A stretch of DNA of 35,958 nt from Pedosphaera sp. (lineage in GTDB: Bacteria > Verrucomicrobiota > Verrucomicrobiia > Limisphaerales > SIAT01). Position numbers and translations under genes: made by a program. The notes under the pieces were generated by a model that was not told where the DNA came from, did not search any database, and saw only the letters and a program-made list of their open reading frames with translations. This document shows, piece after piece, positions 26,401 to 34,297 of this stretch. Within the stretch, counting starts at the first letter, position 1, and each line of letters opens with the position of its first letter. The stretch is from the NCBI GenBank assembly GCA_009691645.1, contig SIAT01000001.1, forward strand, positions 1-35,958, in the 5' to 3' direction.

Positions 26401-27487
26401 GCATCGTCGGCCCCGACGCGCTGGCGGCGACGGGACGGGCTGATTCCATTTGAACGCCGGTGGTGGAAGGGGTGTTCGCAGACATCGCACCCGACGCACT
26501 CGCTGGGGGGAGTGACGGAGCTGCGGAGGCGGATTCGCCGGTCGCACCCGAGGCTTCCGCCGTGGCCACCTGCACCATGCGCGAAGCGGTGACGCCGGGG
26601 CGTTGCACGCGCACGTTCATCGTGGGACGAGCCATCTCGGGCGTGACCTGCTGCACGGCCATCCGACTCGGCGCAGTGAGATCGAGCGAAGGACGGACCA
26701 TCTCGGGCCGCGGGACACTCGTGTCGGCGCGGGCCTCGAGGGAAGCATTCATCTGCGCGGCTTCCGGGGCGAGCGGGGTCGCGCTCGCGGTCTCGAGCCG
26801 ACCGCTCTCCGTCGGAGAACTCTCGGCGACCGCGAACGACGCCGACGGCGCCGCGCGCCCCGTCGAGCCGCCGGTCATCACGTTTCCATTGCGCATCGGC
26901 GCACCGCCGCCGCCCGATTGGCCGGTGGCCCGGGCTGCGGACATTCCTGCAGCCGCGGGGGGCAGATTCGAGACCTGTTCACGCAACGCTTGCAACAAGC
27001 GCGGATCGGCCTCGCCGCCGCCTCCTTCGCTTTCGCCAGAAAGGCTCGCGAGGTCAATGGGCACGAGACCCGACTCAGCGGACACTTCGATCACGGAACG
27101 TTTCACTGCATTGGAAACAATCCACGTGGTGACGAAGAAACCGGCCAGAAGATGGAGGATGATCGAACCGATGAGGCAGCGCTGGAGGATGTTCAGCTTG
27201 CGCCGCTCGCTCTCGGTGGCGAGCTTGCGGACGATGTGGACAATCCCCACGAGCGAGAGAAGCAGCACGAGCACGGCCCACTTGTATTGCACGAGCGTGT
27301 GCAGCACGGCCTCGACTTTGTCCGGAGCCACAGTAGGAGGTGTCGCCTCGGGAACGATTGCGGGAACGACTGGATCCGCGGCTGAAAGCAAACCGGCCCA
27401 CGCAACGAAACCGAATGCCGTGAGCCAACGGCCTCCCTTCCGCGCGGGGCGCGGCGGCGAGACGTGACGGTCGTGGCGTGTCGGCAT
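23486..27487 (-). CDS. 1333-aa membrane-anchored protein: 3 N-terminal TM helices, a long Ser/Gly/Ala/Met low-complexity spacer with tandem repeats, and a C-terminal prenyltransferase/squalene-cyclase-like alpha/alpha-toroid domain
   Basis: TM candidates are WLTAFGFVAWAGLLSAA, WAVLVLLLSLVGIVHIV and CLIGSIILHLLAGFFVTTWIV. The C-terminal ~325 aa (23489-24463) read RALEWFKRTQERDGHW...AQNKTTGGWRY...DLSVTGWQIMALK...HGGLYGY...NYYYWYYGCLALYQ...LSGSW. The ATG at 27487 lies 8 nt after the upstream TPR gene's stop. Confidence 0.75.
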   Translation of the reverse strand: MPTRHDRHVSPPRPARKGGRWLTAFGFVAWAGLLSAADPVVPAIVPEATPPTVAPDKVEAVLHTLVQYKWAVLVLLLSLVGIVHIVRKLATESERRKLNILQRCLIGSIILHLLAGFFVTTWIVSNAVKRSVIEVSAESGLVPIDLASLSGESEGGGGEADPRLLQALREQVSNLPPAAAGMSAARATGQSGGGGAPMRNGNVMTGGSTGRAAPSASFAVAESSPTESGRLETASATPLAPEAAQMNASLEARADTSVPRPEMVRPSLDLTAPSRMAVQQVTPEMARPTMNVRVQRPGVTASRMVQVATAEASGATGESASAAPSLPPASASGAMSANTPSTTGVQMESARPVAASASGPTMQNPSSRMDTARGAADAATSARAEMNAANSPARVSTSRSAAGSAVGSFGPVSDNAARSESLGAASAAGSMAATAGENPSGATTSAMQMEAGRLGGGATGAKSGAGMASASSQMDVARAAGSAGASGSASSSRAQMGSGALAGGTAGTARGSSAVGSFGPVSNGNSGGAGEGLSASSSASSLSSSTGSGSVGGRAGGGMQMEAGRLGGGATGAKSGAGLASASSRMDVSPSGNGSGGSATAPGRAAMGNGALAGGRSGAGQGSGSSAVGSFGPVSAGGGSSGGLGAASSAGSLSSLAGSSGAAGGSAGGGMQMEAGRLGGGAAGARSGAGLAGASSRMDVSRSGNGSENGNGGSAAPGRAAMGDGVGTGGKNGAGRGTGSSAVGAFGPATGGGSGGGESLGAAGASRAVAGLPQFAMAGGGFRAEMASPAPGSAGKGSDVGRASSKAAVSRASGSGGGEGGTGSGPARLSGSGSSSGGASKFGSFAAAQKAEFGSGTGESGRGLVAMNFGQQPASLKFGSTDVKLETKPAMVAASPKPAPLPEVRLASPITPMKAAPIVTKVERPMGLIARAPMDLAPLRPVLQPSTKIESVELSRPSELPTSAATRLMDMAVPVRPAVSSLIDTKNPLALRSPEMRAGLLEQLGGNDETEAAVRRALEWFKRTQERDGHWTRGGQGHHSSATALAMLCFMGYGAKHTEPGPYQETLERAMSWLLKQSKAEGDLRGDGDLYDQAIVTMALAEAFNLTKDPRLQEPVRKAVSFIVTAQNKTTGGWRYKPWARDPQEKGDLSVTGWQIMALKSASLAGVEVPSSAFTGAGKFIESLGRGRHGGLYGYRSSDPEPKPTMTAQALFSRLLLGQGTGDVRTTETLAYLREQLPSLREVNYYYWYYGCLALYQHQGAVWEEWNGRMRPIFLKAQRRDGQLSGSWDAEGDRKETYGRFITTALATLSLEVYYRYLPLYKPTLTAASEAQK
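25141..26455 (-). repeat. four head-to-tail coding tandem repeats (~306 + 3 x 336 nt) inside the 1333-aa gene
   Basis: Unit starts on the minus strand are at 26455, 26149, 25813 and 25477. The last three are spaced exactly 336 nt. Each unit begins (V/M)QME and carries SS(R/Q)MD, (A/Q)MG.G and GSSAVG(S/A)FGP. The plus-strand string CCTGCTTCCATCTGCAT recurs at 25461 and 25797, and CCTGCTTCCATTTGCAT occurs at 26133. Confidence 0.9.
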
Positions 27488-27495
27488 CAGGTCAT

Positions 27496-30400
27496 TTAGC
27501 GGAGCCGCTCCTTCGCAATCTGAGCGGCATCGGTGTCAGGATAACGTTGCGCAACTTCCTTGAAACGCTCCAGTGCGCCGGGGCGGTCGCCTTTACGCTC
27601 GAGCACGTTTCCGATCCGCAGCAGCGCGCGCGCACTCCACTCGGGATAGCCGTAACCGACCTCGACCTTGATAAGCGCACGAATGGCGTCGTCGTACTTC
27701 TTCTGCGCGAAAAGGCACTCACCGGTCTGGAACTGCGCGCGCGCCGCGAGGTCGTCGCGGCCGCCGCTGGTGATCACCGTTTCGTAGAACGGGAGCGCCT
27801 CGGTGAATTTCTGTTGGTTCTCGTGCGACCAACCGAGGCCGAGCTTGGCGCGACGGGCGAGATCGTGCTTCGGAAACTTCTCGATGAAACTCGCGTAAGT
27901 CTTCTCCGCGTCGGACCACTGGCTGAGCAACGCCTGACATTCGCCCGTGCGGAGCAATGCCTGTTCCTTGACCTCCGCGCCACCGGTCGCGGCGGATGAC
28001 CGTTGAAAATGGGCGAGAGCGGTCTTGTACACCTTGAGCTTGAGCTGCGATTCGCCCGCCTGATACGCAGCCACAGCGATCAATTCGGGCGGCGCATCTT
28101 TGAGTACGGTCTCATAGGACTTCGCGGCGGCAATGAAATCATTCTTGTCGAACTGACACCACGCGAGACGATACCGCGCGCGACTGCGCAGGCCATCGTC
28201 CTTCGTCTCGGCGAGCAATTTCGTGAGCCGCTTGATCGTGCCGTCCACGTTCTTCGCCTCGTACTCCAACTCGGCCAACTCGAACGCGGCCGGCCCGGCC
28301 AGTGGACTTTGCGCGAACTTGCCGAGGAGCGTCTCGTACTCCTTCGCGGCGGCGGCACTGCGCCCCGCGCCTTTCTCCGCCCACGCCGCCTCGTAAATCG
28401 CGCGGTCGCGCAGCGTGGACTTCTCCATCGCCGCGACTTTGTGGAACTGCTCAAGCGCCGGCGCCCACTGGCGCTGCTTCGCAAACACGCTGCCGAGATG
28501 GAAGGATGCTTGGTCGAGCTTCGCATCGTTCGGATTCTCCTTCACGAACTTCGCCAGCGCAGCCTGCGCGGCGGCGGCGGAACCCTCGTCGTTTCGCCGC
28601 GCGAGAAGCACGGCGAGCTGCAGACGTGCGTCGGATGCAGCGGAGTGGCCGGTGAACTTATCCGCCACGATGCCGAATTGCTTCACCGCTTCGTCTTCGT
28701 TCTTCTCCCCGAGAGCAGTCCACGCTAGATAATACTCCGCCCAGCCGAGATAATATTCCACCGCTGCGGCGGGTGTGGCCGGAGCCTTCGAGCCACTCAA
28801 CCCCACAAGCACGCGCGCGCCGGAACCTTGCTCCGATCCTCCTCTCGGCGCCGTGCGGGGAGCGGCAGTGGCCGCGGCAACCTGCGTGAGCGCCTTGCGC
28901 GCGCCGGCGAAATCGTTCGCGTCCAGCCGCAGGCGGCCGATCTCGACGAGCGCGTGCGGCAGGTGCGCGCTGGCCGGATGCTCCCGCGCGAGACGGTCGA
29001 GTGAGCTGGCTGATTTCTCACGGTCGCCCTTGCGATCATGCGCCAACGCGATCTTGAGCAGCGCCGTGTCCGCATCCGGATCTTTCGGCTGCGACGCCAC
29101 GAAACGATTCAGCGCGGCGATCGCGGCGTCCCATTTTTCCTGCTGGAAAAGGCAGTCGCCGAGGAGGAACTCCACCTGCGCGAAAAGCGGCTCGGACTTC
29201 TTCAGCTTGCCGAGCGGTTCCAACTCCTTCACCGCGTCGGCCCACTTCTGCTGCTGATAAAGCGTCTGGCCTGCGCGGAGTTGCGCGATGTCGCGCTGCG
29301 GGTTGGCGGCGTACGCGCCGATGAATTTGCGATAAGCCGTCAACGCAACCTCGAACTTCTCTTGGAAGAAAAGATTCTCCGCCCGCAGGAAAGCGATCTC
29401 GGCCGAAGCGGGCGAACCGGCGTGGTTGGTGAGAAATTCGGCGCAGAGATCGTGACTCGCGGCGAACTGTCCGGCGCGATGCAGACACAGCGCGCGCAGG
29501 CGGAGCGCGTCAGGCGCTTGCGGGAACTTGGAGAACTCAGCGTTGATCCGCGCAAACGGTCTGGCCGCCTCGGCGAACTTCCCTGCGCCGAGCAACGCGT
29601 TGCCGTGGTCGAAAAGCAGGTCGGGCAGGAGCCCATCCTTCGCGTGGCGCGCCGTCGCTTTGGCGAGCGACTCCGCTGCCTCGGCATATTTCTGCTGACG
29701 CGAGAAAGCTCGCGCCTGCCAAAGCGCGACATCCGCGCTGGCGGCGGGCTCGGCAGCGAGTTGTGCCAGCGTGGTCTCGGCGGATTTGAAATCGCGGTTC
29801 TCGAGTTGCGCGCGGCCGAGATAGAGCGCGGCGGATTTGGCGGAAGGATGCTCTTTGTGCTTCGCGCGCAGTTCAGCGAAGTCAGCCGCGGCGGCGGCAA
29901 ATTTCTTCTGCTGGAAACGGACGAAGCCGAGACGGAAGAGCGCCTCGGGAGTGAACTGCCCAGCAAGCTTGCGCGTGGCGTCATACTGCGCCTCCGCACC
30001 GGCGAGGTCGCCCAGCTCGCGTTTGCATTCGGCGAGCAAGAAGATCGACTGCTGCGCGAAGGGGAGGTTTTTCGCCTCAGTCACCAGCTCGCCGAGCAGC
30101 CCGGCGGCTTCCTTGTACTCCTTCAATTCGTAACGGGCGACCGCTCCCTGAAACTTCGCACGCGGCGTGTAGGCAGCCTTCCCCTTCGCCAGCTCATCGC
30201 CACGAGTGATGACTTCTTTCCATTTCTGCTGCTGGAAAAGCGCTTCGACGAGACCGGCCAGCGCGTTGTCGCGCAGCACAGCCTTCTCCTGCTTGAGCGC
30301 TTTTGAAAAAGCCTCCTCCGCTTTCGCGGCCTTGTTCAACATCAACAGCGACTGTCCCCAGACGAGATGCACCTGCTCCGGTTCGGGCGCCTTCGCGTTC

Positions 30401-30693
30401 GCCGCGAGTTCGGCCAGCACCGGCTCGACCTCGGCGTGACGACCGAGATTGAAGAGGCTCAAAGCCATGCCGAGCTTGGCGTGCAGCGCCTTCTCGTGGC
30501 GGGGATGCTTGGCGAGGAAACTCTTATAGTCGGCCGCGGCCAGATCGTAGAGCTTGCGATTGTAAAGGCCGTTGGCGCTGAAGTAGAGCTCGAGGGCGGG
30601 GTCGTTCTGCTGCGCGAACACTGCGGGCGCAAACTGCGCCGCGAGCAGCAGCGCGGCCAAGGCCAGCGCGAGCCGATAAAAGCGAATCATCAT
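27496..30693 (-). CDS. ~1065-aa secreted all-TPR protein (YbgF/CpoB- and BamD-like repeat units)
   Basis: MMIRFYRLALALAALLLAAQFAPAVFAQQ signal peptide, then uninterrupted TPR-like units to the last residue (e.g. ARYRLAWCQFDKNDFIAAAKSYETVLKDAP; ALLRIGNVLERKGDRPGALERFKEVAQRYPDTDAA). ATG at 30693 has a GGGAGG SD 10 nt upstream. In-frame alternatives are at 30753 and 30747. Confidence 0.8.
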   Translation of the reverse strand: MMIRFYRLALALAALLLAAQFAPAVFAQQNDPALELYFSANGLYNRKLYDLAAADYKSFLAKHPRHEKALHAKLGMALSLFNLGRHAEVEPVLAELAANAKAPEPEQVHLVWGQSLLMLNKAAKAEEAFSKALKQEKAVLRDNALAGLVEALFQQQKWKEVITRGDELAKGKAAYTPRAKFQGAVARYELKEYKEAAGLLGELVTEAKNLPFAQQSIFLLAECKRELGDLAGAEAQYDATRKLAGQFTPEALFRLGFVRFQQKKFAAAAADFAELRAKHKEHPSAKSAALYLGRAQLENRDFKSAETTLAQLAAEPAASADVALWQARAFSRQQKYAEAAESLAKATARHAKDGLLPDLLFDHGNALLGAGKFAEAARPFARINAEFSKFPQAPDALRLRALCLHRAGQFAASHDLCAEFLTNHAGSPASAEIAFLRAENLFFQEKFEVALTAYRKFIGAYAANPQRDIAQLRAGQTLYQQQKWADAVKELEPLGKLKKSEPLFAQVEFLLGDCLFQQEKWDAAIAALNRFVASQPKDPDADTALLKIALAHDRKGDREKSASSLDRLAREHPASAHLPHALVEIGRLRLDANDFAGARKALTQVAAATAAPRTAPRGGSEQGSGARVLVGLSGSKAPATPAAAVEYYLGWAEYYLAWTALGEKNEDEAVKQFGIVADKFTGHSAASDARLQLAVLLARRNDEGSAAAAQAALAKFVKENPNDAKLDQASFHLGSVFAKQRQWAPALEQFHKVAAMEKSTLRDRAIYEAAWAEKGAGRSAAAAKEYETLLGKFAQSPLAGPAAFELAELEYEAKNVDGTIKRLTKLLAETKDDGLRSRARYRLAWCQFDKNDFIAAAKSYETVLKDAPPELIAVAAYQAGESQLKLKVYKTALAHFQRSSAATGGAEVKEQALLRTGECQALLSQWSDAEKTYASFIEKFPKHDLARRAKLGLGWSHENQQKFTEALPFYETVITSGGRDDLAARAQFQTGECLFAQKKYDDAIRALIKVEVGYGYPEWSARALLRIGNVLERKGDRPGALERFKEVAQRYPDTDAAQIAKERLR

Positions 30694-30833
30694 AGCGATC
30701 AAACCTCCCGAACCGGCTGAGAAACGCCTTGGGTTGTTGCTCGTCATCGTCATATTGCCCCAAAAGCTACACCCACTTGTCGCGCAATTCGACCCAAGTC
30801 GCAATCAAATATTCAGAAGCAGAGCGTTTCTGT

Positions 30834-31874
30834 TCAACGCGCTTTCCGCGCCGAAATCACGCTGCGATCGGCAGTCGTCGGCGTAAGAGTCATTCCGGTG
30901 AAACCGGCCTCTGCCAGCCACACCTCCAATTCAGCCACCGAATAGCAGCGCCCCTCCGTCACCGCCATCAGGATGGCCGAGTAACTCGCCACCGGCAACG
31001 GGCCGGTTTTGTCGGCGTTCAAGTGCATGTCGTGGATGAGCAGTCGCCCGCCCACCGGCAGCGTGGCGTGCGATTTTGCCAGCAACGCGCGCACCGTCGG
31101 CGCATCCCAATCGTGCAGGACATTCGAGTAAAGATGAGCGTCGAATCCATCCGGAAGCGGCCCTTTGAAGAAATCGCCCGTCAGCACTTCGACGCGCTCG
31201 GTCAATCCACGCTCGGCGATCTTCTCGCGGGCGATGGCGTCCACTGGCGCGCGTTCCAGCACCGCTGCGCGCAAATGCGTGTGCCGCGCCGCGATCGCGC
31301 AGGCGTAGATCCCGGAGCCGCCGCCGATATCGAGCAGTCGGTGGCTGCCGTTCAAATCCACCTGACGCGCCAGCGCTTGGCCGAGATAGACACCGCGGCA
31401 ATCCATCGCCGCCGTGAAGCCCCGCGCAAATCCCTCGCCCTCCATCGCCTTCGCCCATTCGCGCTCGTCCTTGTAGCTGCCCCAGTTCGCCGGTTTGTCT
31501 GTGCGGAGAATCGTGACGAAATCGCGGCAGACCGGCCGTTCCTTGAGCGAGCCGAAGTACGGCCCGAGGTTCCATTGCGAGCCGGCCACCAGATGTTCGC
31601 GCGACAGGGCTGTGACGTGAAATGTGCCGGCGCGTTTCTCGACGAGTCCCATCGCGCAGAAAAGCGTGAGCATCACATCCACCGGCCGTTCATGAAAACT
31701 GAAGGCGCGGCAAATCGCGGCGAGGTCGGAAGGGTTTTTGTCGAGCCACGTGAAGAAATCGAGTTGCGCCACCGCCGCACCGAGCAAGTCCGTGGCGTAG
31801 ATGCCGTCGCGCTGGCGGAAGATCGGCAGCGGATCGGTCTCGGGCGCACGCGTGAGGTCGGTGAGATCCCTCAT
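30834..31874 (-). CDS. class I SAM-dependent O-methyltransferase (family-2 type with N-terminal dimerisation/winged-helix domain)
   Basis: Starts at MRDLTDL, and the ATG at 31874 overlaps the upstream TGA (ATGA). SAM motif RLLDIGGGSGIYACAIAARH, then GDFFKGPLPDGFDAHLYSNVLHDWD. The ORF-track N-terminal extension to 32258 is rejected. Confidence 0.8.
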   Translation of the reverse strand: MRDLTDLTRAPETDPLPIFRQRDGIYATDLLGAAVAQLDFFTWLDKNPSDLAAICRAFSFHERPVDVMLTLFCAMGLVEKRAGTFHVTALSREHLVAGSQWNLGPYFGSLKERPVCRDFVTILRTDKPANWGSYKDEREWAKAMEGEGFARGFTAAMDCRGVYLGQALARQVDLNGSHRLLDIGGGSGIYACAIAARHTHLRAAVLERAPVDAIAREKIAERGLTERVEVLTGDFFKGPLPDGFDAHLYSNVLHDWDAPTVRALLAKSHATLPVGGRLLIHDMHLNADKTGPLPVASYSAILMAVTEGRCYSVAELEVWLAEAGFTGMTLTPTTADRSVISARKAR

Positions 31875-33277
31875 CTCCCGAACTCCCCCGCGGGCGCCGG
31901 CAGTTCGCGCTGGATCTCTTCCACGCGATAACCAAAGCCCGCGCCGCGGAGTGTGCTGAGATCCACGCAGCCGTCGCGGCGCGCGTGCAATCCCGGATGC
32001 ACCTGCGCTTCGGCAGTCGAGGCTTCGGGATAAAACTGCATCGCGTTCGTCTCCACGCCTTGAATCGTCCCGGTGTGCGCCGCGAGCAGACAATGCGGAA
32101 CCTGCGCGAGCATCGGGTTCGTCAAATCCTGCACCATCAGCGTCATCCCGTGCGCCTTGGCCCAGCAGGCCGAGAGCAGCGCGCCGGTCTGCGTTTTGCA
32201 CGTCTTGAGCGCCACGCCGGTCCAGCCCAACTCGCGCCCGAGCCGCACGTGCTCCCAATCGTGCGCGCTCTCGTCGAGGAACAGCGGCTTGCGCGCGCTG
32301 ACGCTGCGCACGTCGATGCGGTGCTTCTCCAGCTCGTACGGAAACGGCTGCTCGACGTAGAGCAACATGCCGTACAGCCGCGGCTGCTCGTCGCGCAGGC
32401 GATCAAGAATGTCGTTCACGTACGCCGGTTCGGTGACGGTGCAGTTGAAGTCGGCCGTCAACCACTCCACGCCGTGCGCCACGGCGATCGCGCCAATCTT
32501 CAGCGTGCGCGCGTAATCCCACGCCGTATCGTTGCCGCGCAGTTTGATCTTGAGACACTTCAACCCGTCGCGCCGAATCCAATCTGCGAGCAGAACCGGA
32601 TAGCCGTCCTTCGGCTCGGTCCCTTTCAATTCCGATTCATCCAACGGATCGAGTCCGCCGACCAAATGCCACGCGCGCAGCCGTTGCGGCGCGGGCGTGA
32701 CGAAGAAGTCGCATGGAAACTTGCCGGCAAACGAAACGCCCGCGCCCGCCGCCGGCTCGAGGAAATCGCCGAGCGAACGCGTCATCCATTGCGGCCCGTA
32801 CATCTCGTACACGGGGCGATCGTGCAAGTTGCCGTAGGCGTCGTGCACCGCGAGGTCGAGCACCGAACAACAAACCAGCGCCGCCAGCCACGGCATCGGC
32901 TCGCGACCGGCGCGCGCAGCGTTCGCTTCGTCGAGCAACCGCGGCAGCACCTGCTTCTGGAAGTCGTGGCCGAGTTCAATCGGATGACCGATCGCGGCGA
33001 ACTCCGTCCACGCCCGCGAGAGACGCAACGTGAAATCCTTCAACGCCGCGTGGCGTTCCTCGTACGGCAGCGCACTTGGCCAGACCCACGTGACCGACAG
33101 CGGTGTCTCTCCCCAGCCATCGGCCGTGCGGCCTTTGGCATCAGCCACACGCACGCGGGCGCGCGCGCAGGTGACGTAAGTGACCGTCTCCGGCCCGAAC
33201 TTCAGCGGCATGCGCGTGTGGACCGGCAGGAAATAAAGCGCGCTGGCGATGCAGCGGACGTCGGTGGGCTTGGACAT
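31871..33277 (-). CDS. enolase-superfamily enzyme (MR/MLE family, MLE-subgroup-like)
   Basis: The barrel motifs occur in order: LKCLKIKLRG (KxK), LTADFNCT (Asp ligand), LLYVEQPFP (Glu ligand), LFLDESAHD (Asp ligand), ALKTCKTQTG (second catalytic Lys), LMVQDLTNP. 468 aa, with an N-terminal capping domain. Confidence 0.72.
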   Translation of the reverse strand: MSKPTDVRCIASALYFLPVHTRMPLKFGPETVTYVTCARARVRVADAKGRTADGWGETPLSVTWVWPSALPYEERHAALKDFTLRLSRAWTEFAAIGHPIELGHDFQKQVLPRLLDEANAARAGREPMPWLAALVCCSVLDLAVHDAYGNLHDRPVYEMYGPQWMTRSLGDFLEPAAGAGVSFAGKFPCDFFVTPAPQRLRAWHLVGGLDPLDESELKGTEPKDGYPVLLADWIRRDGLKCLKIKLRGNDTAWDYARTLKIGAIAVAHGVEWLTADFNCTVTEPAYVNDILDRLRDEQPRLYGMLLYVEQPFPYELEKHRIDVRSVSARKPLFLDESAHDWEHVRLGRELGWTGVALKTCKTQTGALLSACWAKAHGMTLMVQDLTNPMLAQVPHCLLAAHTGTIQGVETNAMQFYPEASTAEAQVHPGLHARRDGCVDLSTLRGAGFGYRVEEIQRELPAPAGEFGR

Positions 33278-33316
33278 GAACGATGCAGAAAAACGCAGGA
33301 GCGACGGGGACGTAGG

Positions 33317-34297
33317 TTACTTTTTCTTCGGCTCCTTTGCTTTGTTCCCCTGCTCTTTTTCCTTCGGCGTAGTTTCCGGGGCAACCTTCGGCACGACCTT
33401 TGGCGCGGCAATCGGTTCCTTCTGCATATAATCAGCGTGGACGCGCGCGACATCGCCCATGTAGCCGAACTTCTCCGACTTCTCAGCCGCTCGGCCCAGA
33501 TACAGCCGCGCGAGGTCCGTCTTGCCGGTCACGTCGTAGTAAAGGCCGAGATAAAGATGCGCGTTGAAGAGCCGGTACTCGAGTTCGGCGGGCGGCGGAT
33601 TGCCGGCCTTGGCGGCGGTCATCACCTCGCTCGGCTTGAGTGTGCCGGCGAAAAGTTTGAGCACTTCCATCATCGGTACGCGCTTGTCGCCCTCGATAGG
33701 GATGAGCTTCTCGCGGGCTTTCTCGAGGCCGTCCTTGCGCGCCACGCAGAGGAAATGCCAGACGGCGTTCTCGACGTCGTTGTGGTTCACCGTCTGATGC
33801 CAGTCAAACTGCTTGCGACCCTCCTCGTAACGCTTGGCGTAATAGTAGGAGATGCCCCGCTGCCAATGGTGAGGCTCCTGTTTCGGCTGGAAGCGGATGT
33901 AAGCGTCGAAGTCGGCGATGGATTCCTTGAAGCGCCCGAGCTTGAACTGGCAAGCGCCGCGCAGTTGGTAGATTTCGGCTTGGGAGGGATCGAGTTGCAG
34001 AGCGATGCTGAGATCCTGCACCGCCTCATCGTTCATCCGCAGCGTCTCGTGCAACTGGCCGCGAAAGAGATAGCCGTACATGTTCTTCGGCGCGGCGGCG
34101 ATGGCTTTGGTCGCAAAACCAATCGCCTCCTTGTTTTTGCCGCCGCGGAAAAGTTCGCGCGACTGGCGCATGAACATCTCCTGCTCGGCCGTCGGCGGGG
34201 GCGTCTTCGGCGGTGCCGCTTTCGGTACCGGCGATTGAGCGTGCAGCGCGAACCCTGCCGCGCAAACCAATCCTGCGAGAAGAAAGTTTCGTGTCAT
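33317..34297 (-). CDS. secreted NlpI-like TPR protein with Lys/Pro/Glu-rich C-terminal tail
   Basis: Signal peptide MTRNFLLAGLVCAAGFALHAQ. TPR units (YLFRGQLHETLRMNDEAVQDLSIALQLDPSQAEIYQLRGACQFKLGRFKESIADFDAYIRFQP) are followed by a region colinear with E. coli NlpI (...NAVWHFLCVARKDGLEKAREKL...RLFNAHLYLGLYYDVTGKTDLARLYLGRA). Start is ATG 34297 or 34306. Confidence 0.6.
   Translation of the reverse strand: MTRNFLLAGLVCAAGFALHAQSPVPKAAPPKTPPPTAEQEMFMRQSRELFRGGKNKEAIGFATKAIAAAPKNMYGYLFRGQLHETLRMNDEAVQDLSIALQLDPSQAEIYQLRGACQFKLGRFKESIADFDAYIRFQPKQEPHHWQRGISYYYAKRYEEGRKQFDWHQTVNHNDVENAVWHFLCVARKDGLEKAREKLIPIEGDKRVPMMEVLKLFAGTLKPSEVMTAAKAGNPPPAELEYRLFNAHLYLGLYYDVTGKTDLARLYLGRAAEKSEKFGYMGDVARVHADYMQKEPIAAPKVVPKVAPETTPKEKEQGNKAKEPKKK

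Noticed and set aside
25141-26455. Regularly spaced repeats that could at first glance suggest a CRISPR-like or satellite array.
   Set aside because: The period is 336 nt with no short repeat/spacer alternation. The repeats sit in frame inside one long ORF and encode conserved peptide motifs, so they are coding tandem repeats.
30694-30753. Possible twin-arginine (Tat) signal (NPRRFSAG) if the TPR gene started at ATG 30753.
   Set aside because: The RRF context only partly fits S/T-RRxFLK. A charged RFYR segment interrupts the hydrophobic region. The ATG at 30693 has a much better SD (GGGAGG) and gives a standard Sec signal peptide. I keep it only as an alternative start.
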